From positions 1-60,649 of the forward strand of contig JALJEE010000037.1 in assembly GCA_023231475.1 (NCBI GenBank): a stretch of 60,649 bases of DNA, in the 5' to 3' direction. This DNA comes from Seison nebaliae. Its lineage: Eukaryota. A model generated the notes under the pieces. That model was not told the origin of the DNA, did not search any database, and saw nothing but the letters and a program-made list of their open reading frames with translations. Positions 37,471 to 50,775 of this stretch are shown in pieces. How positions within the stretch are numbered: position 1 is the stretch's first letter; each line of letters begins with the position of its first letter. The translations under genes and the position numbers were made by a program.

Positions 37471-40400
37471 CCATCCAGACAGATAATATTTCTTTATCAT
37501 CGTCAAACTTATTTCACTAATCTCTATTACCCATCGTGTCAGATACATCTACCTATACGGTTAATCTTTATTAATCATATCTTCTTTCTTTCCATCAACT
37601 GGTCAAAATGTTGATGATGTCGAGAAAAATTAATATTCCATACCCAAACTGTTCATGCACAGTAGTTTATAATTTTTATCACGCAACATTTTTCACTTTT
37701 CTCCTAGCAAATAAATTTTGATTATTTTATCATTCTAATTGATGATGTCAAATCATTCTACACATTTCAGCGGAAATTTCATTGAAAATCCGGATAGAAC
37801 AATCCAATTAAAAGGGAAATGGCGAAATTGGTTACATCTTCAGAATGATGATGAAATAGGATTTGGAATCATATTACTGAAATCATACTTCGAACAAACT
37901 GATGGAATGATGTTTGGAGTCAATTGAGAGGAGGAACGTTGTAAATCATTAATTGCGCACATTAAATTGTGTGTTATTTTTTTTTCATCGACGTACTACG
38001 ATGACTTCTATTCATCACATCTGTCAATATGCTTGTAATTGTAGAGTCAAAAGAAGGAAGGTTTGAAAGAAGGCGATGTTTCTCAACCCACCGATAATAT
38101 GAGAAGAAGAGTCATTAGAATAATGAAACAAAAATAGAAATTATGCAGAACTTCTATTCATTTGGTTGAAGAGTTCCAATCATTCGACCTTAGCTGCCAA
38201 ATGAATTTTCCTATTCTGATGATCTTCCTTCTCAATTCGCCCAAATGATCAAGATAATTACAAATCGTTTATTTGCAATTATCGTGTTATAATCGTACAT
38301 AAGCAATGTTCTAGCATGATTTCTCTTCTTCACTTTTTTTTCCAACAAATAGATTCAAGAATTCATTCACACTCCTCCCCCAAATATGTACTGAAGAACA
38401 TCAACAATATTCTCAATAGGATTCCACAAATGATTATTTGTTCTAAGCAGCCTCTCCAGAAATTTTTATTGATTTCACAAGATTTTGTCCCGCCAACTAA
38501 CACACTAACCACAAAATGTCTACACTTTATTAATCATTTTTTCCGCATCGGCACCAGGAGAAGATGTACCAATAATTCATTATTTCCCATTTCCCATTAT
38601 TTGAACATCTTTTGATACGTCGAAATTTCCTTACTATTTTCTATTTTGACTACATTCTAACAAATAATATTGTAAGTGACTGATTGTGACTCCAAAATTA
38701 TTGGAAGACCTAACTTATAACAGGATAAATTAAAATCAAAAATTTTCGTTTGGTCGTGATAATCATATAAAAAATTGTTGACGAATTGGAGAATTTATGT
38801 AATACGTATGGCCCAAAAAGATAATCTCGTTAGAACAATGACGAGATAAAAAACAAGGTGATGAGAATAATTGGTAATAATGAACAATTATTCATCAACC
38901 AGATCAAACTTGCTTGAACTTTGTGCTTATAATGTAATCGTAAATTAGCATTTCACGCTTTGCTTCGAGTGAAAATGCATAAAATGTGATGTTACAACAT
39001 CTCCAATTCTGAGAAATGTAACAAAATTTATTAGAATTGCAATATAAATATTGTCTTTAGGAAAAAAAATTTAGCTCCAGTATATTCACTTTTATTAGTG
39101 ATAAGTTGCGCAAAAGACTTGTTTCTGTGTCTTTCTTTTTCGATATCTGAAAACCATTCTTTGAAAACAATAATAGTTAACAAATATAGTTATGCATCCA
39201 AATAATTCCGTAAGATAACTGAAAACTATACTAAATTTTTGATTAATTGTTAATCACTAACAGTATAAATATGTTTTATGAAATATAAATGTTGATACGT
39301 CATGTGGAACAGGTCTTAGATTAGTAAAAAATATTGCTTCATTAAAATTATGTAAAAATTTTTCTCAGCAACTGAGTAGTAGGTGTCCGTATCGAGTAAT
39401 TTATGGGCAGTACAACCCAATAAAAGGTAAACTCTCATCGTTTGCAGATATTGGACAATGATTATGAAAAAATTATGCGTCATTCATCTCAGGTAAAGAA
39501 GGAAGGAATGTTTAATAATAAACTTCGGTCTAGTCAAATGTGGACCATTGTAAGACTAAATGAATTAGTTTTTTGTAATGGGAACTGATTACGGGAAATG
39601 TACATTCGTATAAACCGTCGTATCAGACTTTCTTCGTTGAATATACACATAATTCGTATTTTCATGAATACGTATGTGGCATAAGCGGATTAATATAATT
39701 TCTCCAACAATGAGATGAAGTACCGTCCATCAAATTAGTAGAAGAGTAAAATTGATATAATCATGCGAGAATTAAAGTTTTCCTTAATTCTCGATGATTT
39801 CGTTTAGAATTTCCATCTCAATCGCGCTACTGCTAATACGACAAGATATGGAGAATGAGGAAAAGAAATTATGCATGTTTTCCAACTTTCTATCTCCCCT
39901 TTAAAAAGAGCCTCGTCATATACTATAAATGGGACATTTTCTTCATTCTACCGCCATTTCTGAATGGCATAAATAGGAATCTTTATAAAATCGAAAGATG
40001 AAAAGTCCCATACTTGCATTTCTTTCTATTAATCTAGAGCGAATAAGATTCGTTAAGTAAGAAGAGATTAAGTTGAACGATAAAATATTGCAATCCACAT
40101 TCTCTCGTTAAGTGCATATATGCAATAAAATTAAGTTTATTCAGAAAATATTCGTTGAATGAATTCATTTACAATTCATTCAGTTTTAACAAAAATTCCA
40201 CATATCTCAAATGATTATGCTCGCTATTCATATTCGATCTGTCATCGGCATAACCATCTCCATTTTGAGCAATTCTATTTGATTCTACTTTATATTTTGT
40301 TCTGATATTTACTTTTTTTGAATAAGTTCAACTGATACAATTAATTTTCATATTCATCGATAATTTCCCTCCAAACAATGTTTTGTTTAATATTCATAAT

Positions 40401-40609
40401 TCTTTATTCTTCTTTATTTGTTTATTGGAAATTGTTCATCTACATCTTCTTCCAACAGCTGATAATAGTCATACGTGTTGTTCCTCATTACAACTCGTTT
40501 TATCGACCAAAAGGAACATCAATCCCTCTTAATTTCCACTTGAACTACTGATGATTATGCACCACCAAATTATGGAATTGTCATTCTCTTCTATTTATAT
40601 TCTATCGAA

Positions 40610-43600
40610 ATGATTATGATGTCAATTAAAATTTATACAATCGTCTTCTTTATCGATGCAATTCATTCTCAATCATTTTATGAGCAATCTATCTCGATTT
40701 CACCTCATTTTCTCCATACTAAAATCGGTAATCTTCGTCCATTAAAGATCGATTATCAATGGACAGGTAGTTCATTATTCAGTCTTCGAACTAACTTGAC
40801 ATCTTACGCTTACTATAATATTCAATATGCCCATGTATCATATCGATTTATGCCACCCAAACAATTCCTGAAGAAATGGCAAAATATGGAGAATTGGAAT
40901 AAAATTCATTTGATGAACAAAATGGGCAAAGAATGTCCCACCTCTCTCAATTACGATAAACATGAGACGAATGAAGATTGTCTTAATCTTAATATTTATA
41001 CACCTTGGATGAAAACTGAAGATGTCACATCGAAAAATCTCTTACCAGTTTTATTAATAGTGAATGGAGATAAAAGAAATAGTTCGGAAACTTACCAAAA
41101 CAATCCTTCCTTCTTCGCAGCAGTGAATAAAGTTGTGACGGTCACCATAAACTACAGGACGGATGTATTGGGATTTGCCTCATTAGAAAATGATTTTATG
41201 CAAGGCAACTATGGAATGTTAGACGTCTTCTCTTCACTTTTATGGATACGTCAACATGTCTCCGATTTTTTTGGAGATATCCATCGTATTACGATATTAG
41301 GTGATTATGATGGTTCTGCAGTAATTTCAGCTTTACTTCTTTCGCCTTTATTTCGAACATTGCGTAATGATCATCCATTGTTACGACAAGCGATCTTGAA
41401 TAATGGTAATATTTTATCTCCATTATATCATACAGCGTTACCTGGGGAATTGTGGACGGTTAAATTGGGGAATGCATTGAACTGTACTGAGACACATCAT
41501 AAACCAAATTTACCCAAATTCATGAAATGCATCAAGAAAAAAGGAAATTTACCTGCTCTCTTAAAATCCAGTAAAGAACTGAGAGAACAATTCCGTAACT
41601 ACATTCAACCATTCGGTATCTTGAGTTCAAATGGGAATTATGTCATAAAAAATTTGGATAAATATATTCGTAGTGAATTGTCGTCGATGAAGAATAATGA
41701 GAGATCGAACGCAACGTTATCGATTCCCAAAATTAATATAATGTTCGGATGGGATACCCAATCATCGAGACATCATATTCCTGAACTGAAAATGTCTAAT
41801 TATTCAGAAATATTTCAAGAGTTGCAGGATCTGTTAGAAATAAACTTCCCTGAGACATATACGATGTCAAAATTTCAAAAAATAAAAAAATCTTATTTCA
41901 CAAAGAGTAAGGGGGATGTAGAGAGAATTGGAAGGAATGAGTACCATCTACAATCATTCCGTAACTTTCTCGATGATTTTTATATGCATTGGCCACAATT
42001 ACTTTATATTAACACTTTCGTTCTTCAACAACATAAGGACTATGGCTCAATCAATCCTATCAATTACAAATCAAATATTTTCAATTATCTTAACAATGTC
42101 ACTTCCTCTCAAACATTAACGCAATTACTTTTAGGGGAATGTCTTTATCGATCGAACGATTCTTCAATAAAAAGGCATTGTTCCAAACGAATTCAACGAA
42201 CTTCATTCCAAGTTCAAGCATACTTCTCCAATTTTATGCATACCGGGTAAAATTATTCTGTTTTAATTATAAAATATATTTCTTTTTTAGAAATCCAAAT
42301 CAAGCAACATCGAATAATCAGGAATTGTATAAATTCATCAAACGATATCGATGGTGGGGTTATTCGAATTTGGATGATTATAAATTTAAATCCGATAGAC
42401 GTTTCTCTCTAGTATTCAGTTAATATTATTCGATATATTCATGTTCAATATAATTAATTATATCTATTTCAGCTGAAAACAATCCTGAGGTGCGATATAA
42501 TTTATTTCAAAATCGTTTCCAAAGACTCGCACCAACTGTAATGGAAGCACCGAAATTGGAGTCGCGAGAAAATAAGCTATGGAAACTGGATGATGTGGCA
42601 GTAAGACGATTAAGAGTGAACAATTATTCGTTCAATTCATCTGATAAGAGTTCAATCATCAAAAACAACAAACCATATGAACGGTTGAAAAACGATTTGT
42701 ATAATTTGTACTTTGACGAATTTGGCGAAAAATTGAGAAAGATGAATATAAAGGAATTGAAACGATTATCTGTCTTCTTTCCACCACCATTAATCATGCC
42801 ACCAATCCCACCAACATCCATAACTACCACAATTTCTTCCCAAATCCATCATATAAGAACGATAACAACAACGAAGTCGAAAATTAGTTTCACAGAAATT
42901 GTAGGAAAGAAATTGAATAAGAATAATGTGGAGAATGAAAAAGAGTTTGAAGATAAAAATAAACATCAGATGATTAATAAAATACAAAGATTAATGTTTA
43001 TTCTCATTATTACTGGATCGTTATTACTCTTAATCAATATGATGATTTGCTTTTTATTTATCAAACGACGACGCAATCAAAAGAATAGAACAGAAAAACA
43101 GAATGTCAAAAGTAGTAGATGGTCGGGGAGTACATCGGCTGATCCCCAATCTATGTCACTTAAATCGAAGAATGGCGAATTGTCTTCAACGTCATCGATT
43201 GAACGCGAGAAATTATTGAATAAATCTGAAAATTTCAGAAAGAAACCATTCAATAGTTCTCCATTGACATCCCAATCATCTCAATTGGAAACGCGCGATA
43301 CAAAAGTTTCAGTTACTTCGTATTCGTCGACTGACGAACGATCTTTCTCAACAGGTACTGATAACAGTCAAATACGAATGGATAATGTGAAAAGCAGAAA
43401 ACGTGTAAAAGGTAATAATCGAAATGGGAAATGTCCAATTGAAGGAAATGATGAGAATGATGATACTGATAATACTCATTGTAAGATGAAGAATAAGAAT
43501 AACAGACAAAATAAACAATCGAAACGATATATGGCCATAGGAAATAATGTATCAATCGATCATTCGACAGAAGGACAACAATACGATACTGCACTATATT

Positions 43601-43983
43601 TACAACCATATGGAGCACAAGGAAAGAAACAAGGAAATCGGTCATGTCTTATAGATCGGCAATTCCCTAATAACACTGATAATCAACATTCCTCTATCCA
43701 CTATCAGAGTAGTAGAAGCAATAATATGATTCGTAATGTGAGTCGAACGAAGGACAACCATCATGCTCATCGAGAGACCGTGCAAAATGAAGTTCCTGAG
43801 AAGAACTATGAATTTTATCATTATCAACATGATAGCAGATTGAATAAAAATGATTACCGATCAGTTGCGACGTTAGATCGGAATGATTGTGATCAGAATC
43901 ATCTATCTTATATTTCCATGTCCTACTCACATCTGTTCAATTTACCTCAAGTAACGAATGTGTTTGAAGAAGACATCGTATAA
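40610..43983 (+). CDS. Catalytically inactive cholinesterase-like adhesion molecule (neuroligin/gliotactin-like), 3 exons
   Basis: Signal peptide, EDCLNLNIYTP, VTVTINYR..LGF, GNYGMLD...LLWIRQH...FFGD..RITILG, nucleophile elbow GDYDG lacking Ser, FSNFMHTG|NPN, proline-rich stalk PPPLIMPPIPP, one TM helix, and a long tail ending EEDIV (PDZ-ligand-like). Confidence 0.85.
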
Positions 43984-46900
43984 TAGAGAAGATCGATTGC
44001 TTCGTATGAGTTCTCTTCTTCCACTGAATAAATAAGAGATGGTAATAAGGAAGAAATTATTTTCCTGACATTCAAACCGGTGTTATTGTACATAATCAGT
44101 GAAATATTCATTGAATTTTTTTTTCACATTATTCATTCTTTTTTCCTGTTTTATATTCATTAGTTTCCCAATAAAATTCGATATCGATCCTACTCACGAA
44201 TTCTTTCCTCAAATACTATTTTTATTACTTTCCAACTCCTCATTGTTAAGAATAACACATTTTCTCCGTAAAACTATTTTAGGCCAATAATAATCACTTT
44301 TTACGCCATACAATAATTAATTTATTTGAATGTATCCAACTTCTTATATGTCATTTTAAAATTAAGTTTATTGCGAAGAGAATTAAAGTTTTGGAGTTAC
44401 ATTAAATATACTTCTCTTTGGCATTGTCGAGTTGTTTGGTGGATGAAAAGCCGAAAGAAAACATTGAAAGTTTAGTAGGAAGTTGAAATTAGTTCCAATT
44501 GATACAAAAAAGTATTAAAGTTTTATAGTTTTCTGATTTGTTCCATCATCTCTTCGGATAGTTCTCCATTCAACTGATCTATTTTATTCCTTTTAAATTT
44601 TTTGAGATGATTCTTGATTATATGAGTCGACGTTATTAGGAAATTGGTTTTTCATTAAAAATCGACGAACATGTATTGCTAATGCATAACTTTCACTATA
44701 ATTATTTTACTAAGTACTACTCGTAACGGCAACGAACACGTAGCGCATAAATCTTATGGGAATTTAAATGAAACAGACCCGAATAAATTACAGCTTATTA
44801 AAAAAGGAATTTAAGAGTGAGATGCATTCATCGCATCATTATGCATCGACGATGGTATCCTTCTTTCGTTTAAGGAACATGAAGAGACGATAATTCAAGA
44901 GGTCGAATTTCCAAATTTTGACAATATCAACTTGGCAACTATAGAGAGAACATGTTTTTCCAACTCATTAAAGATGAAAGGAGAACGCGCTTCTGATTGA
45001 TGCCAATACAAAAAATGTACGACAAAAGTAAAAAAGAGAAGAAGAAGAAGGAAAACGAATATGTAAACGACATTCAATCACTACGTTCCGGAATGTTGAT
45101 GAAGAAATGTAACGAACGGAATATCTTAATTAAATGTATATAAATAGAATATTACTACTTTCATTTCATCCAAATTCCACCGTTACACTAACATTCTCAT
45201 CTAACGTAGGCACATTGAATGGAATAAGTAAGAATGAAATACACACAGATGACTACAACTTGAATTTTTTTCCAATTTATTTATAGACAATTATTCTACC
45301 GATGTCAGTTAACAGTCTTCTCAAGTGTTTCTTCACATCCCAATCAATAAAACTGGAATGTGCATTTGAAATTTTGGGCATTCAATTTATGATCTCCATG
45401 TCTATATATTTACAATTGTATGTCTTTGAAGAATTCTAATACTTTCTTCCACTTCAATGTTAGACCACCTTTCCACATGTACCAATTTGGAAGGAAAGCA
45501 GATTGAAGAGTCTCGTTTTTCCTCTTTTACATTTAATGGAGAATACATGATAGTTAATGCAAATTATTCCCCAAATAAATACTTACTTATTCATAACACT
45601 CCCATTTCATTCGTGGCTCTGCATAAGAATTGATTTATTATTTTTCTCACCTTTGTGCCCTTGGCACGAATTTTATTTTATAATTAGTTCAAGCATTCTT
45701 ACGCAAATTTTACTGCATTCATATCAATCGAATCTCCTAATTCCGTTTGTGAGAAAATCTGCCATCTACTTGTAACTTGCCACTCTTAAAATTTTACAAT
45801 GTTTTCATTAACCCATCAATTCGTGAATAATCCGCAGTTTCACAACTCGTTCATTCGCACTCTGAAATATGCGAGTCCAGGTGAAATAATTCCCGTGTAC
45901 TTAACCAACTTTCCTTTCCCATATGGGAAACCCTATAGTATATGGTCTATACATTTTAGGAGAAATACCTTTTAAGATTTGACCTATAAATTAAAGTACA
46001 GGTAACTTAATGTAGATGTTGCAAGATAAAACGTATTATAATGTTTTTTAATGAATTGTACGAGGAAATATTAATGGAAAGTTTCATTTCCCTAGTACCA
46101 TGTACTAAAAGAAAACACCATTAAACCTCAGACTATAAATATTTTTTTGTTTGTTTTATTATATAATGTCGTATTATATGTAATGTATATTACAAGTTGT
46201 AATTTACAACATTAACTATTATCGATATGTTCATATCAAATGAAAGAAAGAATTATCTATTTGTGGTTGGTCTTTCCATTGTTGTTGATCACTCCAAATT
46301 CTTTTCAATGGTTGTGACCTAGCATATCATCTAATAGCTTAAAGTTGAGAGTAGAATTCGAATCTGAAATTCAATTTCATTAGAATTTTCAAAAAAAGAG
46401 TATAAAATGATTTTACTAAAATCAAAGTACCGAAAATTTCAGAAAATATTCCCTGTTCTGACCTAATGTGGAATTTGACATAATTAACAACTATGATTGT
46501 TGATATATTTACAATTTAACATTCTTTTGATATCTTCGTATATTCCTCGTTTTGACAAGTTAGTTCGAAAAAAATTTTGTTGAATTTTATTAATGATGAG
46601 TTAAATGGAGGAACTTGGCAGCATATTTTGTTTGTCCATCTCAAGTAACAGTATGCGTAATTATTCCTAGCAACATTAGGATGGTAAGAATAATTTTTTC
46701 TTTTGTGTACAATAAATTTCACCATATGTGTAGCGTTAGGTGTAACGGTGAAAGAATTCTTTGAAAAGATTTAAACTACTCTCGCCGTATTTCACTATGT
46801 GCATCAATCAAATTACTTTCTTTTTAAGGGAATATGTTTATCGGCATGAGGAAATTATAATAAAATCATAATATAATTTTATTCATTTAAAATATTATTA

Positions 46901-48698
46901 ATATACATTACACTTATCTGATGTCTAATGGAACATGCGGCGACTGCCATAATTCCAGTTCACAATTTGTGAGAACGATCTATGATTATTATAGTAATGA
47001 TGACAATGAGGAACTTGAGGGAGTTGAACAATTTATCACAAACATTAAGGGGAAAGCGACAGATCGTCTTATAAAAATACCAATTGGAAATGTATTAGGT
47101 CTCACATGTTCTATGATGTGGAGAGTGGCATCATCCTGTTTTCTATACATTCCTCCATTATTCATGTGACATCTTACAAATTTTCTCCAACACGCCTAAA
47201 ATTGCTGAGTTAGATTTCTTTCATCACAACATCTTAATGGACTCTTTATATTATATAACAATTATGCTCTTCAAACTGGTCATTAGTACAAGAAACCATT
47301 AATTGTATTCCCAGCGATAAAAACAAAACTTGCAGTTTCTCGATCTGAAGATGTATAGCAGAGTGCCAAAAGTTGTAGTTAATTCAACATATACACATAC
47401 CATGTATGTAAGTCATATTGCAACCGTTAGTTAGTTGGAACGACAAATAGAAGCAATATTCTCCTATTCCATCTCACACCGCTAAGAGAAGTTTCGAGAA
47501 GGAAACAGGAAGTAATTTCGAGTTACAACGTGAAATCGATGTCGGGATAACATGAACATTCGATTCAGTAAAAAATTTGTAGAAGTAAATTCATAAGGAG
47601 AGTAAAGGAATTGTCCTGTTGATTCGATGTTAGATATTTAGATCATGTCATTCTATCACTCATAGATGACCTGATCGGCGAAAGTTTCCAATCAACAACT
47701 ACATATGAGACGATAGGACAGAGAAAATTGAAGAAAGTGTAAGTGCCTCCCCACGAATTGGTATGTCATGAAAAGTATCGACGGAGGAATATTGACATAA
47801 AGGAATAGTGAACGATTGGAAATGTTGTAGCATTCCATTCAACCCCAAACCGTGTTGACAATACTTGTTGTATAGTAGAAGTTCCATTCTCCGAAATGTT
47901 GAGTGAATAGTTATTGACAATTTACTGTTCTTTCAGGAATTCCATATTTCTCCAAACGCACAATTGTTGATGACACTAAAGCAATAAATAAGATCGATAT
48001 CCAACTCGAATAATTCTATCATTCCAATTCTTCCCTCATCATTGGCAGAATGGTACGATTCCTGACATTATACACAATTTCATCTTTTCTTCTTTTCTTA
48101 TTCCCATTACTCATTCACGGATCCTTTTTACACTCGATATATATGTCAGAACGATCTCCATTATTAGGAGGCGAGAAAATTATGACCATTATTACGAATA
48201 TATCATTCCAAAATCAATCAGTCGACATGACGACAATACCAACTGTGTATGGGAATGTCGATTACATCTATCCGTCGTGTCTATCACATAAATTCCATTT
48301 CGTTTCAACTTAACTATTGTCGTGGAAAAATGCTTCATCAACTATCTTCTATGCACTGTTCTATGTATTTGACGTTCACGCAATAATCGTAATAGTAATC
48401 TTTGGGAGGAAATCATGAGCAGGTTCTACAGGAGAATAAATGAATTATTCAATTTAAATGTATCTCCTACATGAAATTATTACATTATGAATTACAATTT
48501 TCTCTTGTATTGTAAATCGAGCTGTCGTTGCTCCCCCATTTCTATTAACAAAATTACATTACATTTATGATTAATTACTCAATCGTCTCCTTTAAAATTA
48601 TTCTTTTTGTCAATATTCTCCATCTTTCTATTTCTCCTTTAGGTTAAAGACTTTCTCCACTACTTTCTAGTCCGAATAAAATATCAGAACGGAATAAT

Positions 48699-49447
48699 AT
48701 GTCCTCCAAAGATTATAGTCGACCATTTACTTCCCTAATTGCTTTCGTGCTTTTCATTATTCTCCTAATTCTTCATATCATCGCCATCTCATCCAATCCA
48801 TGGGTATCGATCGATCCGCAAAGCAACAATGTATCATTAACCGAAAATCAACTACCAGCAAATTCTGCAGACAATTCGACAACCAAAGAAAACGTAAATA
48901 TTTTCAATTTTCCAAAAGCCTTAGATGATTTGGGAACAAGTTAAATTTTAATTACTTATATTATTTCATTTTTCATCTATAGATTCATCGTCGATTGATA
49001 TGATTAAAACTGCCTCTAAATTATCAGTGTATACACAGGGATTCTCACTAGCATGGTTCTTCATAGCTTGCTGTGGTTTATTTCTCATGTGCTTCACTTG
49101 GAACTTCTACGATTGCGTACGCTGTCTTATTTTCACTGTTTTCTTCATTATTATCGGAAGTTAGAATATATATATATATATTTTTCATTTAATTCTCTAC
49201 AATTCTATTTAATTTAACAGCCGTTCTTGTCAGCATTGCCACTTGTGCCACACTTGTGACAGTACGACCATATCATGATTATCCGGCTATTAATGTGGAA
49301 TGGTGTGTCTGGGTAGAAATCGCCGTTATCCTTTTAGGATTACTCTCATCGATCTTTTTGGCATGTAGCGTTGTGACAGCACAAAAGAAAACTCCAGAAA
49401 CGAAGCAAAATGAATTGTTAGTAGAAAGAGGAGACTACGAAGGATAA
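48699..49447 (+). CDS. Small four-TM protein, claudin/PMP22-superfamily-like (3 exons)
   Basis: TM1 followed by SNPW, a glycosylatable loop, three further TMs, and EWCVWV before TM4. Two GTT-AG introns keep the frame. Confidence 0.6.
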
Positions 49448-49642
49448 TATCGATATCTAACGAAATTGTTAAATAATCATTAATCAGTAGAAAGCAAAAA
49501 TTTTAGCGTTTTTAACGTGATTCTTTTTCCATATCTGTACTCTGCTTTAATTTCATTGTAATAAATTTTTTTCTCTTCTTTCTAATTCCAATCAGATTAA
49601 AAAGACATTTTATTCACGAAATCGCTCTGATAGAAAACTTTC

Positions 49643-50639
49643 TTATGTCTTTACTTCGCTGAAGTTTGTGTCAACGGGAGCAAGATAATCGTCCCAATTA
49701 ACATTCACAGCATTACTATCGTGAGCCATTTCACTCGATTGATTGTCCTCTTCTTGCTTGGCCGCTTCTGCTTGTTTCTCATCTTTTCGTCGTTCTTCTT
49801 CCTTCTTCTCTTTCTCAACATCACGGAAAAAGAAGAGATCGCACATAACGTCCCAAAGACCTGTGCGAGATAATTCCCCTCGAATTCTCAATACTTCTCG
49901 ACATAACAACCAAACCATTAATCCAATACCATTTGTTGACTAAGAAAAGAAAATTTGAAAATAATTAATTCGAGAATGTTGGAATGAATAAATATTTGAA
50001 TAAAATAGAAAATGAATAAATTTCCTCAGAAAATATCTCGCAAAAGCGTTGTCTCCATCATATGATTCTCAGAGACTCTAGTCATGGTGTGAAGCATCAT
50101 AGGAAATTGTTAGAATAGAGAATGAAAATAAATTAAATTTACTAAACTGCATTATTACATGGAATACAAATATCGACATTCTTCAATGAATTATCTGTAT
50201 TACAGAAGGCAATGACAGGAATGTTGACATAAGCAGCTTCTCGAATTGACTGATGATCAATTGCCGGATCACAAACGATGATGATTCTAGGTTCTTTGTA
50301 TGCTTTCTGGATTTGATTAGTGAATGAACCGGGTGTAAATCGACCAGCAATTGCTGTCGCTTCTGCATATCGTCCAAACTTCAATACAGCTCTTTGTCCT
50401 TCAGGTTTGGCTGAAATTATTACAACATCACTTGGATTAGGAACGGCACAAATAGCTCTCGCAGCTAAAACTAATTTATCCCACGTTTTCTTGATATTAA
50501 TGATATGATTGCCATTCATATTCCGATCATATACATACGATTCCATTTGGAAATTACAATTGACACTTCCCAAATGAATGGTTGCTTGCAACATCTTTGA
50601 AGCATCTTCTTCCGTCATTTTCATAAAATCTTCGCCCAT
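49643..50639 (-). CDS. RPSA: 40S ribosomal protein SA (uS2); exons 50639-50148 and 49939-49643
   Basis: [93 protein letters not shown]. Confidence 0.98.
50019..50108 (-). ncRNA. Intronic box C/D snoRNA, SNORD52(U52)/snR78-like
   Basis: Minus strand reads AATTTCCT-ATGATG(C)-CTTCACACCAT-GACTAGAGTCT-CTGA(D')-...ATGATG(C')...CTGA(D)-GGAAATT, with a terminal stem. The D' guide is complementary to conserved 28S GACUCUAGUC. Confidence 0.88.
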
Positions 50640-50775
50640 TTTCTCTCTCACAAGTCCAACTGATAATGATAGTGACGATATTATTCAACTTGTACGAATG
50701 AAAGAAAGAAATATCTAATAAAAAAAATAAGAGAAATTAATATAATAATTTATAAAATTATCATAATGAACGCGT

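Noticed and set aside
41847..41856. miR-125-like TCCCTGAGAC
   Set aside because: It is inside a long coding exon, similarity stops after 10 nt, and there is no hairpin.
44710..44750. miR-252-like CTAAGTACTA
   Set aside because: The 3' half is unrelated and the possible hairpin is short and poorly paired.
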